A stretch of DNA of 64,000 nt from positions 74,334-138,333 of the forward strand of contig JAJYME010000007.1 of the NCBI GenBank assembly GCA_021787205.1, in the 5' to 3' direction. The notes under the pieces were generated by a model that searched no databases, was not told the origin of the DNA, and saw only the letters and a program-made list of their open reading frames with translations. The stretch's first letter is position 1, and every line of letters starts with the position of its first letter. A program made the translations under genes and the position numbers. Positions 1 to 9,700 of this stretch are shown here, piece after piece. Source of the stretch: a bacterium. Lineage in GTDB: Bacteria; Patescibacteriota; Minisyncoccia; UBA6257; Colwellbacteraceae.

Positions 1-1195
1 ACTCGACTTTTCCAATATCGGAAAAACTGTAGTTGTAAACTTCATCGTAGCCAAGCTTGGAGGCTTCTTCCCTGATGTTTTTTACCAAGGCAACGGATCT
101 GTGATCATGAAGAGGAACCAGCGGAATCAGAGGGGCGACGGACTTTACTTCATCCAGACCGTAGATGCGGATTATCTCCTCAACAAGGTCTTCGAAGATG
201 GCGACATCCATTCTCCAATACGGGACTTCGTAGCCACTGGCTTTTTTAACGAAGCCGAGACGCTTCAGGATCTCATTCGCCTTGCTTTCCGATATTTGGA
301 CCCCGGTAATGGCAATGAACTTCTTAAGGTTGAATTTGATTGTCTTTACCTTTTGCTTTTCCGGATAGATGTCGGCGGCGGAAATTATCTCCGCGCCACA
401 AACCTCGGTTAGAAGATCAAGGGCGCGCTTCATGCCGTACTCGCAGAGCTCCGGTGAAAGGTTTTTGCCATAACGCTGGGAAGCGTCCGTTTGCAAGTTT
501 ATCTTTCTGGAGGTCTTGTAGATCAGAGCATTGTCGAAATTAGCAGCCTCGAGGATGATCCTTTTGGTATTCTCTGTCACTTCCGAATTCTTGCCGCCTT
601 TGATTCCGGCGATGCCTAAAGCCTGGCTCTTGTCAGCAATGACGAGCTCGTCTCCAGACAATTCGAAAGTCTTATTATCAATGGTCACCAAGCTTTCATT
701 GCTCTTCGCCCTGCGGACGACGATACCGCCCGAGACCTTGTCAGCATCATAAGCGTGCATCGGCTGACCGACTTCCAACATTACGTAATTCAAAATATCG
801 ACAACCGAATTGATCGATCGCTGGCCCAGACTCTCAAGATGCTTCTTGATTCTTTCCGGAGTTTTGCCAAGCTTTTTTATCTGAAGCTCGACGCCGATAT
901 ATCTCCTGCAACCGACATTCTTTTCAATAGTGACGGAAAACTTTGTCTTTACTTTTGAAAGGGATGACTTTGTCTCAATCTTAGGAGCTGGAAGTCCGAA
1001 GACCGCAGCAACCTCGCGCGCCATACCTAAATGACATGCGGAATCAGACCACCTATTGGCGGTAAGCTTGATTTCCATCACATCCCCTTGTATTTCTTCA
1101 ACTTCGAAAGCTTTTCTATTGAGCTCTGGAGCCACCATATCTCTGACGGGAATATTAGGAAGAATTTCTTTTAATAATGAGTAACTGAATTTCAT
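1..1195 (-). CDS. pheT: Phenylalanine--tRNA ligase beta subunit (runs off the window edge)
   Basis: Read by hand from ATG at 1195: MKFSYSLLKEIL...FEVEEIQGDVMEIKLTANRWSDSACHLGMAREVAA (PheT B1/B3 motif); directly downstream of pheS; not in the ORF track because it has no stop in the window. Confidence 0.93.
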   Translation of the reverse strand, partial: MKFSYSLLKEILPNIPVRDMVAPELNRKAFEVEEIQGDVMEIKLTANRWSDSACHLGMAREVAAVFGLPAPKIETKSSLSKVKTKFSVTIEKNVGCRRYIGVELQIKKLGKTPERIKKHLESLGQRSINSVVDILNYVMLEVGQPMHAYDADKVSGGIVVRRAKSNESLVTIDNKTFELSGDELVIADKSQALGIAGIKGGKNSEVTENTKRIILEAANFDNALIYKTSRKINLQTDASQRYGKNLSPELCEYGMKRALDLLTEVCGAEIISAADIYPEKQKVKTIKFNLKKFIAITGVQISESKANEILKRLGFVKKASGYEVPYWRMDVAIFEDLVEEIIRIYGLDEVKSVAPLIPLVPLHDHRSVALVKNIREEASKLGYDEVYNYSFSDIGKVE

Positions 1196-1200
1196 TGATG

Positions 1201-2181
1201 TTAAAACTGCTTATTAAATCTCTCATCTCCCGACTTGAAGAGCCTGATATCCGGAACGCCGTATTTGATAATCGCGAGTCTTTCCATTCCAAAGCCGAAA
1301 GCGAATCCCTGCCATTTAGCCGGATCAATTCCGCCTTGTTTCAGGACATAAGGATGAACCATACCCGCGCCGCCAATCTCTAACCATTTGCCCCAAATCT
1401 TCACATCAACCTCAACTCCCGGTTCAACGAACGGGAAATAGCTGGCGCGGAATTTGACTTCGATCTTATCGTCTTTAAAAAATTGTCTGAAAAATTCTTC
1501 AATGACAAACTTAAAATTAGCCAAAGAGATATCTTTTCCAATCATCAGTCCTTCAATCTGGTTAAAGTCCGTTTCATGAGTAGCGTCGCTCGCTTCATAC
1601 CTATAAGCTCTTCCCGGACAAATCATCTGGAAGGGCGGTTTGTGCTCAAGCATATAACGGACTTGGACCGGAGAGGTGTGGGTTCTCATCACTCTTCCTT
1701 CGGTATTCTTATCGTTCTTAACCCAAAAGGTATCCCACATCTCCCTTGCCGGGTGATTGGCGGGAATATTCAAGGCATCAAAGTTATATTTTTCCTCTTC
1801 AAGTTCCGGCCCTTCAGCAACGGAAAAGTTCATCGAATGGAAAATATCGCAGACGTCATTATAGACCTTAGAAAGGATATGGATCCTCCCGGATTCTATT
1901 TTGACTCCCGGAATGGAGAGATCGATAGTCCCGATTTCTTGCTTCTTCAAGAGCTCTTCCCTTTCGTCAATCTCCTGCTCCAAGTCGTTTCTCAATCTCT
2001 GGGCGATGGGACCATACTCCCTCTTCTCATCTTCGGACATGTCCTTGAAGGACCTCAAAAAAGCCGTAAGCTCCCCCTGTTTCCTACCGAGGTATTTCAG
2101 ACGAACCTCCTCCAGTTCCTCCATGCTTGAAGCCTTTTTCAGGTCCTCATACGCTTTTTGTCTCAAATTTTCCAGATTCAT
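1201..2181 (-). CDS. pheS: Phenylalanine--tRNA ligase alpha subunit
   Basis: HPAREMWDTF, MRTHTSPVQ, FRASYFPFVEPG, GFAFGFGMERLA motifs. Confidence 0.98.
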   Translation of the reverse strand: MNLENLRQKAYEDLKKASSMEELEEVRLKYLGRKQGELTAFLRSFKDMSEDEKREYGPIAQRLRNDLEQEIDEREELLKKQEIGTIDLSIPGVKIESGRIHILSKVYNDVCDIFHSMNFSVAEGPELEEEKYNFDALNIPANHPAREMWDTFWVKNDKNTEGRVMRTHTSPVQVRYMLEHKPPFQMICPGRAYRYEASDATHETDFNQIEGLMIGKDISLANFKFVIEEFFRQFFKDDKIEVKFRASYFPFVEPGVEVDVKIWGKWLEIGGAGMVHPYVLKQGGIDPAKWQGFAFGFGMERLAIIKYGVPDIRLFKSGDERFNKQF

Positions 2182-2276
2182 TGTTTTAATGCATTCTATC
2201 AGCTTTTACGCAATTTTACAAAAGAAAAAGCCCGTCCTTTCTGAGCCGGACGGGCAATTATTAGCTCTTTGAAGCG

Positions 2277-3125
2277 TCAATCCAAACTGATGTATATTTC
2301 GGAAATCTGTCTCATGATCGACTTCATATTACCAAGGTAATTCGGATTTTCATGATTATACGCCAAAACTTTTTGTTCAAAAGTCTTGCCTCTGTAGATG
2401 TATTGGGTATCCGGATCGTTTCCTCCCAGATTAGCGCCAACGACTTCGATCGCTTCGTCAAAAGAAGAAAAGTTTTTGCTCCCCCAGCCGAAGGGATTGT
2501 ATCTTCTGAAAAGATGTCTTCCCCCGGTCGATTCCAGAAAGGCATGGGCTGGAAGTTGCCGATAATCAAGGCCGTTTCTCTCAGCTACCTCGACAAAGGT
2601 TTCCCCATAACCGGACAGCGGGCAACCGTTATTCTTATAAAAGATATCAATCGCTTCTGCCTTCTTTTCTTTTTCTCTCTTTTGTTCTTCAAGAGCCGCT
2701 TTCTTTTCCGCTTTTTCTTTTTCAAGCAGGGCCCTCTCTTCCGCTTCCTTCATCTCTTTCTCCCTGAGCGCTTTTAGATAAGCAGCGCGCTCTTCATCAA
2801 CCCCTCCGCCTCGCGAAACGGTTAATGATCTAGATGGCAACGAGAATGCCGCCATTTTCGCCGCAAGAACCCTTGCAGTCGGAGGAGTAAGATTCTCCTC
2901 ATAACTTACCTGCAAGATCCTTGCGGGTACCCCGGAATCAATAGCTGTCGACGCCGGCTGATCGGGAAGTTTCATATCAGAGATACTCTCCCCTTTCTTC
3001 ACCGCCGCAGGGACATCATTGGTTTTCCCGACTGGAACACAACCCGTGTTCAAAAAGAACAGTCCGAAAAAAATGATGAAAGCCATGGTCTTCCGAATGG
3101 TCTCCTTTCGATCCATTTCAATCAT
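2277..3125 (-). CDS. Lipoprotein with coiled-coil stalk and C-terminal lysozyme/glucosaminidase-like domain
   Basis: Hydrophobic leader ending NTGC; E/K-rich coiled coil; C-terminal AFLESTGG...NPFGWG motif suggestive of a lysozyme-fold peptidoglycan hydrolase. Confidence 0.6.
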   Translation of the reverse strand: MIEMDRKETIRKTMAFIIFFGLFFLNTGCVPVGKTNDVPAAVKKGESISDMKLPDQPASTAIDSGVPARILQVSYEENLTPPTARVLAAKMAAFSLPSRSLTVSRGGGVDEERAAYLKALREKEMKEAEERALLEKEKAEKKAALEEQKREKEKKAEAIDIFYKNNGCPLSGYGETFVEVAERNGLDYRQLPAHAFLESTGGRHLFRRYNPFGWGSKNFSSFDEAIEVVGANLGGNDPDTQYIYRGKTFEQKVLAYNHENPNYLGNMKSIMRQISEIYISLD

Positions 3126-3310
3126 TCCTTTCCGAAGCCGCCAAAAAAGAATTTGACCACTTCAAATAAATTGGTATTCTGTTGTAAAGGTTCTGCTTAT
3201 ATTTAAATACGCAAAAAACAGCCTTTTTATTTAAACTGACTCATAGGCTGGAATTGCGTAGAATTTTATACACAAGACGACGTTTGAAACGCCACAATGT
3301 CTTGTGCTTG

Positions 3311-3382
3311 TGCCGACAGCAGGAATCGGACCTGCGACCCAACGCTTATGAAACGTTTGCTCTACCGCTGAGCTATGTCGGC
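3311..3382 (-). tRNA. tRNA with CAT anticodon (elongator Met or Ile2)
   Basis: GCCGACA-TAGCTCAGCGGTAGAGC-A-AACGT TTCATAA GCGTT-GGGTC-GCAGG TCCGATT CCTGC-TGTCGGC-A cloverleaf; CCA not encoded. Confidence 0.9.
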
Positions 3383-3452
3383 ATAATCGAATCCGTAATC
3401 AAAAAACCAAACCGATATAAAAAAGATTTGGTTTTAAGATTTCTAGAATTGA

Positions 3453-3583
3453 TTGTTGCGGAGGAGGGAAATTTCACGTCGTTTCACTCCCATAAAACCT
3501 CTCGGTTTTATGAAAATCCTATACGGTGAAAACCGCCGTGCAGTTTTCCCCGACCCCCTTTCGGTTCAATTCCTCCGCAACAC
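3453..3583. repeat. tRNA-associated structured element, copy A (downstream of tRNA-fMet)
   Basis: 18-bp exact direct repeat of the tRNA 3' end (3453-3470 = 3621-3638), two-hairpin core 3491-3552, inverted tRNA-end copy 3563-3582. Confidence 0.85.
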
Positions 3584-3623
3584 AACCCAAAAAGAGGGAT
3601 AAGCAAAAATCTTGACTTATTTG

Positions 3624-3695
3624 TTGCGGAGGAGGGAATTGAACCCCCTTCTGGAGCTTATGAGGCTCCCGAGATAACCATTTCTCCACTCCGCG
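3624..3695 (-). tRNA. tRNA-Met(CAT), probably initiator fMet
   Basis: CGCGGAG...GGAGC CTCATAA GCTCC...GGGGG TTCAATT CCCTC CTCCGCA-A; C1xA72 mismatch typical of initiator tRNA. Confidence 0.85.
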
Positions 3696-3879
3696 ATAAT
3701 ATGAAGATATTGTATATCAAAACGACAAAATTGTCAACCGGATTTTTACGGTTTTTATTGTTAGAATATCGCTTTTATTTATTACCGTGTCGTGAGGACA
3801 CACTAGCGCTTCAAGGCTCCCCTCCTTCATTTCATTCAGTCCGTCGTTCAAATCCCCAAGCTGGCAGAACAAAAATAAC

Positions 3880-3896
3880 CCGGCACAAAGTGCCGG
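3880..3896 (-). terminator. Intrinsic terminator-like hairpin after tRNA-Asp
   Basis: CCGGCAC-AAA-GTGCCGG flanked by A/T runs. Confidence 0.65.
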
Positions 3897-3909
3897 ATCA
3901 TTTTTATTG

Positions 3910-3982
3910 CGCAGCGGACGGGATTTGAACCCGCGGTCCCTACCGTGACAGGGTAGTGCTTTAGCCGCTAAGCTACCGCTGC
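3910..3982 (-). tRNA. tRNA-Asp(GTC)
   Basis: GCAGCGG...CTACC CTGTCAC GGTAG...GCGGG TTCAAAT CCCGT CCGCTGC-G cloverleaf. Confidence 0.93.
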
Positions 3983-4050
3983 AGTAGCGGGAATTAATTC
4001 CCGCTCCGATTATTATGCCTTAAGAGCAGAGATAAATCAAGCTTATCAGG

Positions 4051-4692
4051 CTAGAGATTTTCCCAAGGTGCCCCCTCAGCTTTCAGGACCAGGGCTTCGT
4101 CTTCAGTCGGCTTCTTGAAAGACAACTCGGTCGCCCGCAAGGCTATCTCCCCCTCCGAAAGCCTGATCTTTGAACCATACTTAACATCACCGACAACGGG
4201 ATGTCCCAAGCCGGACATGACCGCCCTGATTTGATGAAACCGGCCCGTACCAAGATCAACCTCGATCAAAGTCTTGCCGGCTTTATGAGCCAGAACCTTG
4301 TATTTCAAGCGCGCCTCCTTCCCCTCTTTTCCGAGGACAGCCTTTCTGTTTTTTTTATCTTTTTCAAGAAAGCCAGAGAACTCGCCGTCTTTTTCCAGTT
4401 CGCCCTCAATCAAAGCATGATAGATTTTTTTCACCTTCCTATCCCTGATTTGTTCCGAAAGCCGAGAAGCGCCTTTGCTGGTTTTGGCAAAGACGATCAC
4501 TCCGGTGACCGGCTGGTCGAGCCGGTGGACAATTCCCAAAAAAACGTTGCCCGGCTTCCCATATTTCTCCTTAAGATATTCTTTAACATACTCCGAAAGA
4601 GATTCAACGCCACTTCCAGGTTCCACCGGAATACCCGCCGGCTTGTCGATGGCGATCAGATGGTTGTCCTCATACAAAACTTTCAATTCCAT
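4051..4692 (-). CDS. RluA-family pseudouridine synthase
   Basis: VLYEDNHLIAIDKPAG, VHRLD catalytic motif, TGRFHQIR, GHPVVGD. Confidence 0.95.
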   Translation of the reverse strand: MELKVLYEDNHLIAIDKPAGIPVEPGSGVESLSEYVKEYLKEKYGKPGNVFLGIVHRLDQPVTGVIVFAKTSKGASRLSEQIRDRKVKKIYHALIEGELEKDGEFSGFLEKDKKNRKAVLGKEGKEARLKYKVLAHKAGKTLIEVDLGTGRFHQIRAVMSGLGHPVVGDVKYGSKIRLSEGEIALRATELSFKKPTEDEALVLKAEGAPWENL

Positions 4693-4694
4693 AA

Positions 4695-5558
4695 TTATTT
4701 ATCACTCCAACGGGCGAAGATTCCGGCCGACAATCTTTTACCGAACTTATCGACAAGAGCCAGTTCGCCATATTCGATTACTCCCTTATCTTTGAATATT
4801 CCTTTGAGGCAATTTTCATAGGCTAAAGCGGAGTAGCCGGAGGCATAACCGTTGATGATAAAGAATAAAGGCTCGGAGGATAAGAGCTCCTGGCATAAAT
4901 CAATCAAATATAAGAGGTCGTCCTCAATCTTCCAGAGCTCCCCATTCGGACCATGGCCGAAGGCTGGAGGATCCATAATGATCCCATCGTATTTCCTGCC
5001 TCGTTTTATCTCCCTTTTTACGAACATTATCGCATCGTCGAGGATCCATCTGATCAGCTTGTCGGAAAGGCCGGAAGTCTCGGCATTCTTCTTGGCTAAA
5101 GTGATGGTCGTCTTGGATCCGTCCAAATGGCAAACCTCAGCGCCAGCCTTAGCGGCGGCGAGAGTAGCTCCTCCGGTATAGCCGAACAGGTTCAAAACGT
5201 TCGTTTTCCTGCCGGACGATTTTATCTTGTCTTCAATCCACGCCCAATTAGGCTGCTGTTCCGGAAAGACACCGACGTGCTTAAACGCGGAAAGCTTCAG
5301 GTTGAAAGAAAGTCCTCCGATTTTCGCCTCCCAGTTTTCAATCTTGTTTCCCCTCCACTCCCCCTTTTCTCCGCCGCGAGTGGTGAAGAAGGCGTGGTTT
5401 TTCTTCCACTCATCCTCATTCAAACTCCTTTGCCATAAGGCCTGAGGATCAGGACGCCTGGTGATAACCTTGCCGAATCTCTCGAGTTTTTCTCCTTCTC
5501 CGGAGTCGAGAAGCTCATATCCTTCGCTAGCTCCTGTCTCTAGTATTTTGTAATCCAT
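4695..5558 (-). CDS. SAM-dependent methyltransferase (RlmI/RlmK-like)
   Basis: YELLDSGEGEKLERFG, VLNLFGYTGG, IIMDPPAFG; start set at ATG 5558. Confidence 0.9.
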   Translation of the reverse strand: MDYKILETGASEGYELLDSGEGEKLERFGKVITRRPDPQALWQRSLNEDEWKKNHAFFTTRGGEKGEWRGNKIENWEAKIGGLSFNLKLSAFKHVGVFPEQQPNWAWIEDKIKSSGRKTNVLNLFGYTGGATLAAAKAGAEVCHLDGSKTTITLAKKNAETSGLSDKLIRWILDDAIMFVKREIKRGRKYDGIIMDPPAFGHGPNGELWKIEDDLLYLIDLCQELLSSEPLFFIINGYASGYSALAYENCLKGIFKDKGVIEYGELALVDKFGKRLSAGIFARWSDK

Positions 5559-5626
5559 TACCAATATACTAAAGGGATTTTCGATTATTGTAAAAAAACA
5601 CGGCCTCACACCGTGTTTTTTATCAG

Positions 5627-5866
5627 TTATAGATTTTTCAAATCGTTGTCGATTTTTTGGAACTCCTGGTCGATACTTCCAGTATCAATACCCTGCAGGC
5701 TTTGCTCTATCTGAGCTGAGCTCTGACCCTGGGTCTGCGGAGCGGTGACGTTCTCAGAAGGAGAAACCACTTCCGGAGCAGCGCTTCGCTTAGCGATAGC
5801 GATTAAGATTACCGAGATGATGACAATCGCCGCGGCAACAATATAGATTATGTTTTTCTTAGACAT
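5627..5866 (-). CDS. Small membrane-anchored hypothetical protein
   Basis: N-terminal TM helix; co-oriented with the upstream coiled-coil gene. Confidence 0.7.
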   Translation of the reverse strand: MSKKNIIYIVAAAIVIISVILIAIAKRSAAPEVVSPSENVTAPQTQGQSSAQIEQSLQGIDTGSIDQEFQKIDNDLKNL

Positions 5867-5883
5867 TGTATTTTTTTATTTGA

Positions 5884-6711
5884 TTACGGCTTGACGGTGT
5901 TGTTAGTAGTTTCAGGAGCGGATTCCGGGTCCATCCCCTTAAGCGCCTGAGCCGCTTCGACAGCAGCTTGCTTCGCGGCCTGAACCTTTTCCCTGACTGC
6001 TTTCAAATCAGCGCTCATAGCCGACCTGACCGTTCCGAGAGAGGTTTTTGCCTCAGTGACGCTGTTAAAACTGACAGCATAAGTCTTGCCCGCTTGGGCG
6101 GTAATAGCAGCTTTGGCGTCAGTGACAGCCTGTTGAGCCTTGGCGATGGCGGCCTTCGCAGCCGTAGTATCCTTGCCGGCAGTAGTCAATTCGTTAGCCT
6201 TATTGGAAAGTCTGGTCAATAACTCTTCGATTCTCGTGATGGCCTCAGTCAAAACAGTGGTCAATCTGGTATTGATTTCACCGAGTTGAGCATCGACTCT
6301 CTTGATCATCTCCTTCTTCCTTTCATCCTTTATCTTAGCAAGCTCAGTTTGCCTGTCTTCGATTCTCTTTTCGGCATCAGCTTGCCTTGCTTGGACGGTC
6401 GCCTTCAGTTCGTCAGCCTTTTGTTGGATCTCTCTGATCCTTTCTCGAGCCTTCTCCTCAAGCTGAGTTCTTTGTTCATCGGTCAACTGGGCGAGTCCGC
6501 CTCTTATTTGTAAGTTCTGTTGGATCTGAGCTTTGGCCTCGTCAGCTCTCTGCTGGATTTGGCCCACTCTTGACTCCACCCTCTTTTGAGGAGCGGCGTT
6601 AGTCGTGGCTCCTGTGCCAGCGGTGCCGTTGCCTGCCGTTTGCGCCAATGCCGGCGCAATGCTTGCAGCCATAAGAACCGCTGTAATGGCAATTAAATGT
6701 TTATTTTTCAT
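5884..6711 (-). CDS. Secreted coiled-coil hypothetical protein
   Basis: Signal peptide (PALA-Q); long A/Q/E/K helical region; AAGGAG SD upstream. Confidence 0.8.
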   Translation of the reverse strand: MKNKHLIAITAVLMAASIAPALAQTAGNGTAGTGATTNAAPQKRVESRVGQIQQRADEAKAQIQQNLQIRGGLAQLTDEQRTQLEEKARERIREIQQKADELKATVQARQADAEKRIEDRQTELAKIKDERKKEMIKRVDAQLGEINTRLTTVLTEAITRIEELLTRLSNKANELTTAGKDTTAAKAAIAKAQQAVTDAKAAITAQAGKTYAVSFNSVTEAKTSLGTVRSAMSADLKAVREKVQAAKQAAVEAAQALKGMDPESAPETTNNTVKP

Positions 6712-6737
6712 TGCTCCTTAATTATACCATAGATCAA

Positions 6738-9700
6738 TCATTCCTCGTCGGAGTTATCCACATCCCCATATTTTTGGCTTTCGATTTCCATTGGCTTATC
6801 CCTTCTCAAATCTCTCATCTGACAATATTCACACTTCGGATCATCACACCTCTTATTCCAAAACTTGAGATTGGTCACTTCGTCGTAGACGAACTTTATC
6901 TCGTCAGTGAGTTTTTTTACGTCTTCCTCGTCGGGCACCAAATTCTCTCGATGAAAATCACCCTTGTCGTCCGGCTCGACGAAATCAACGGTCCCATAAT
7001 CAAAAACGTATTTCCTTTCCTTAAGCTGTTGAAGCAAGAGCTTGTAAAAGACTATCTGTCTTTTTATTTGGCCATTGCTGTCTTTGGTGGTACCGATAAT
7101 CTGGCCCATGGTCTTGTATTTGCCGGTCTTGAAGTCAATAACCCTGACTTTGCCGTTATTAAGCAATTCGATCCTATCGATTCTTCCTTTGATCGGGATT
7201 CCATCGATTTCACCTCCGGAAATCGGAGTTTCGGTGAGAAAGTTTTTCTCCCAAGTCCCGGCATAGTGGTTGATAAAGCTAATAAGGGATTTTTCTCCCT
7301 TCTTCATCAGCTCCTTCTTGTCGGAATCAGTAATCGGCTGCCTTCCAAGACTAGCTTTGAAACTTTCAAAAGTTTCTTCGGCCGACATTTCCTTTCCGTT
7401 TTGCATATGCTCGAAATAGTCCGCCAGAGCAGCGTGAATCGCCGTTCCATAAGCGCTCGATTTCGTGACTGTCTGAGGTATCCTTAAAAGATTGGCGTAA
7501 AAATATTTCCAAGGGCAATCCAAGTAGTTGTTGATATCGGTCGGAGAAAAGCCCCTCTTTAAAACTATTTCTTTTATCAATTCCTGATCCAGGACCTCAT
7601 CCTCGGCTTTTTTCTCCACCTTGCCGAAAGCCAGCTCCTTGCCGGCGGAAACATCCCTCTCATATCCGGACATATCCTCATAATCCAACAAATCCTGCCT
7701 CATCTCGCTTACGAAAACCGTCGGCAACTGCTCCCGGCCTTCTTCATTGAATTTGGAATAAGTAACCGTCATTCCGATCTTTGATCTGGTCAAGGCGACA
7801 TAAAATAATCTCCTCTCATCTTCCGGCTTGTCGCTTTCCGGCAAATCCTTATCTCCCCAAAGCGAATAAACCTTGGCGGGAAGCGGCAGCAGATTCCTCT
7901 GCCTCTTTCCCTCCCAACTGTTAGTGACGGCGTTGATCAAGTAAACATAACCGAATTCCAAGCCCTTTGATTTGTGGGCCGTCATCAGCCTGACTTTTTT
8001 CGTCTCCGGAGAAAGGACCATCTTTGAAAGAGGAAAACCGTTTTCCTTCATGATTTCCAAATGCTCAAGAAACTTTGCCAAAGAGGCGGATTTCTCCGTT
8101 TGGATAAACCTTTTCAACTCCTTGAACAATCCATTGATCTTTTCCAAATCCTGAATGCTGTTCCCCCTGTTTATCACCTGTCTCATCAGCCCAGATTTTT
8201 TTATTACATTCTCATAAAGCTTAAGTAGAGAAACATTCTCCTTCTCCGCCGAGCGATGTTTGAGAAAGGAATAAAAACGCTTAATCCGCCTCTCGGTCTT
8301 CAATTTAAGAGATGACAAGACATCGTCGTCTTCCAAAATATCAAAGATCGAAGTCTTATCGGCGCTAACCGCAGAGAGGATTTTCACAATATCAAACTGG
8401 TCGATCCGGAAACAATCGATATGCATAGCCTCAATCAGCTCCTTCTGCGAACCGAATGCGTCAATAGCTTTCAAGATAACGATAATCTTTCTGATCAGAT
8501 GGTCATAAAGGATAGACTCCCCCGGGTCGATGACAAAGGGAATCTTATAGCGGGAAAGCATTTCGGACATTTCCCTGGAATCCTTGTTTTCCCTATAAAG
8601 AATGGCTATTTCCTCCGGGAGGACGCCTGAGGCTATCTTGCTCTTTATATCCTCGGCAACAAACTTGATTTCCGAATAGGGATTGGTAAAGGAGCAGATC
8701 CTTATTTTCTCGTCTTTACTGCCAGATCTTGCAAGTAACGGCCTCTTGCCGGCCAGAACGCTATGAGCGGAATCGAGGATTGTCTGGGTCGAGCGGTAAT
8801 TCTCTTCCAAGAAGACAAGCTTTGATTTCGGATAGAGCTTCTGAAAATAGGTAAAGTTTTCCAAAGAAGCCCCCTGAAAACGATAGATCGCCTGCTTCTC
8901 ATCACCGACGATAAAAACATTCGGATTGTCGTGAAAACTGGCAATCAATTCAACGATCCTGTTCTGGGTCTTGTTGGTATCCTGATGTTCATCTACCAGG
9001 ATGTATTGATATCTTTCTTGGATCGAAAGCAAAAGGTCATCATTCTCCTTCAGAGCCCTCAGGGCTTCCATCAGCATATCGTTGTAATCATAATAACGCT
9101 CCGCCTGGAGTTTCTTCTCATACTCCCGATAAATGCCGACTAATTCCTCTCCCTTTGCGATCCGCTTCTCGAGCTCGATGTATTTCGTCTTCTTCTTCCC
9201 CTTATTCACCCCCTTCTCGTTATACAAATCCGCTATCAGCTCAAATCCTTCTTTTTCGCCTTTTATGATTTCGGCAAACTCATCAACGGAAACACCCTCC
9301 CTCTTCAGATCGTTAATCGCTCCATTGATCGCTTTCAGATAATGATCCGGATCGTAAGCGGACTTCAACTTTTCAAGCGGAAGAGCGGCTATGACCTCAC
9401 GTAAAAACTTAATCCTGGTGACATCATCAAGAAGCTCCGCACCAATAAGACGCGGAAACTCCTCGGGAAAATTCTTAATGACATCGTTCGCAAAACCATG
9501 AAAGGTGCTGATCATCACTTGATAACCCCCGGGACCCATAAGGTCGACCAATCTTCTTTTCATACTTGAAGCGGCCGCTTCGGTGAAGGTGAGGGCTAAG
9601 ATATTCTCAGGCTCGGTATCCGTCTTCCGACAAATATTGGCAATCCTCATGGTTAAGATTTGGGTCTTGCCGGTGCCCGGACCGGCAATAACCATAACCG

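Noticed and set aside
101-958. Short plus-strand ORFs in the ORF track
   Set aside because: Antisense shadows of pheT; the same applies to most opposite-strand ORFs over core genes, including 63366-63896 over relA/spoT
3453-3583. Additional or intron-containing tRNA genes in elements A-C
   Set aside because: Only T-arm/acceptor fragments are present, with no D or anticodon arm, and the adjacent tRNAs are complete
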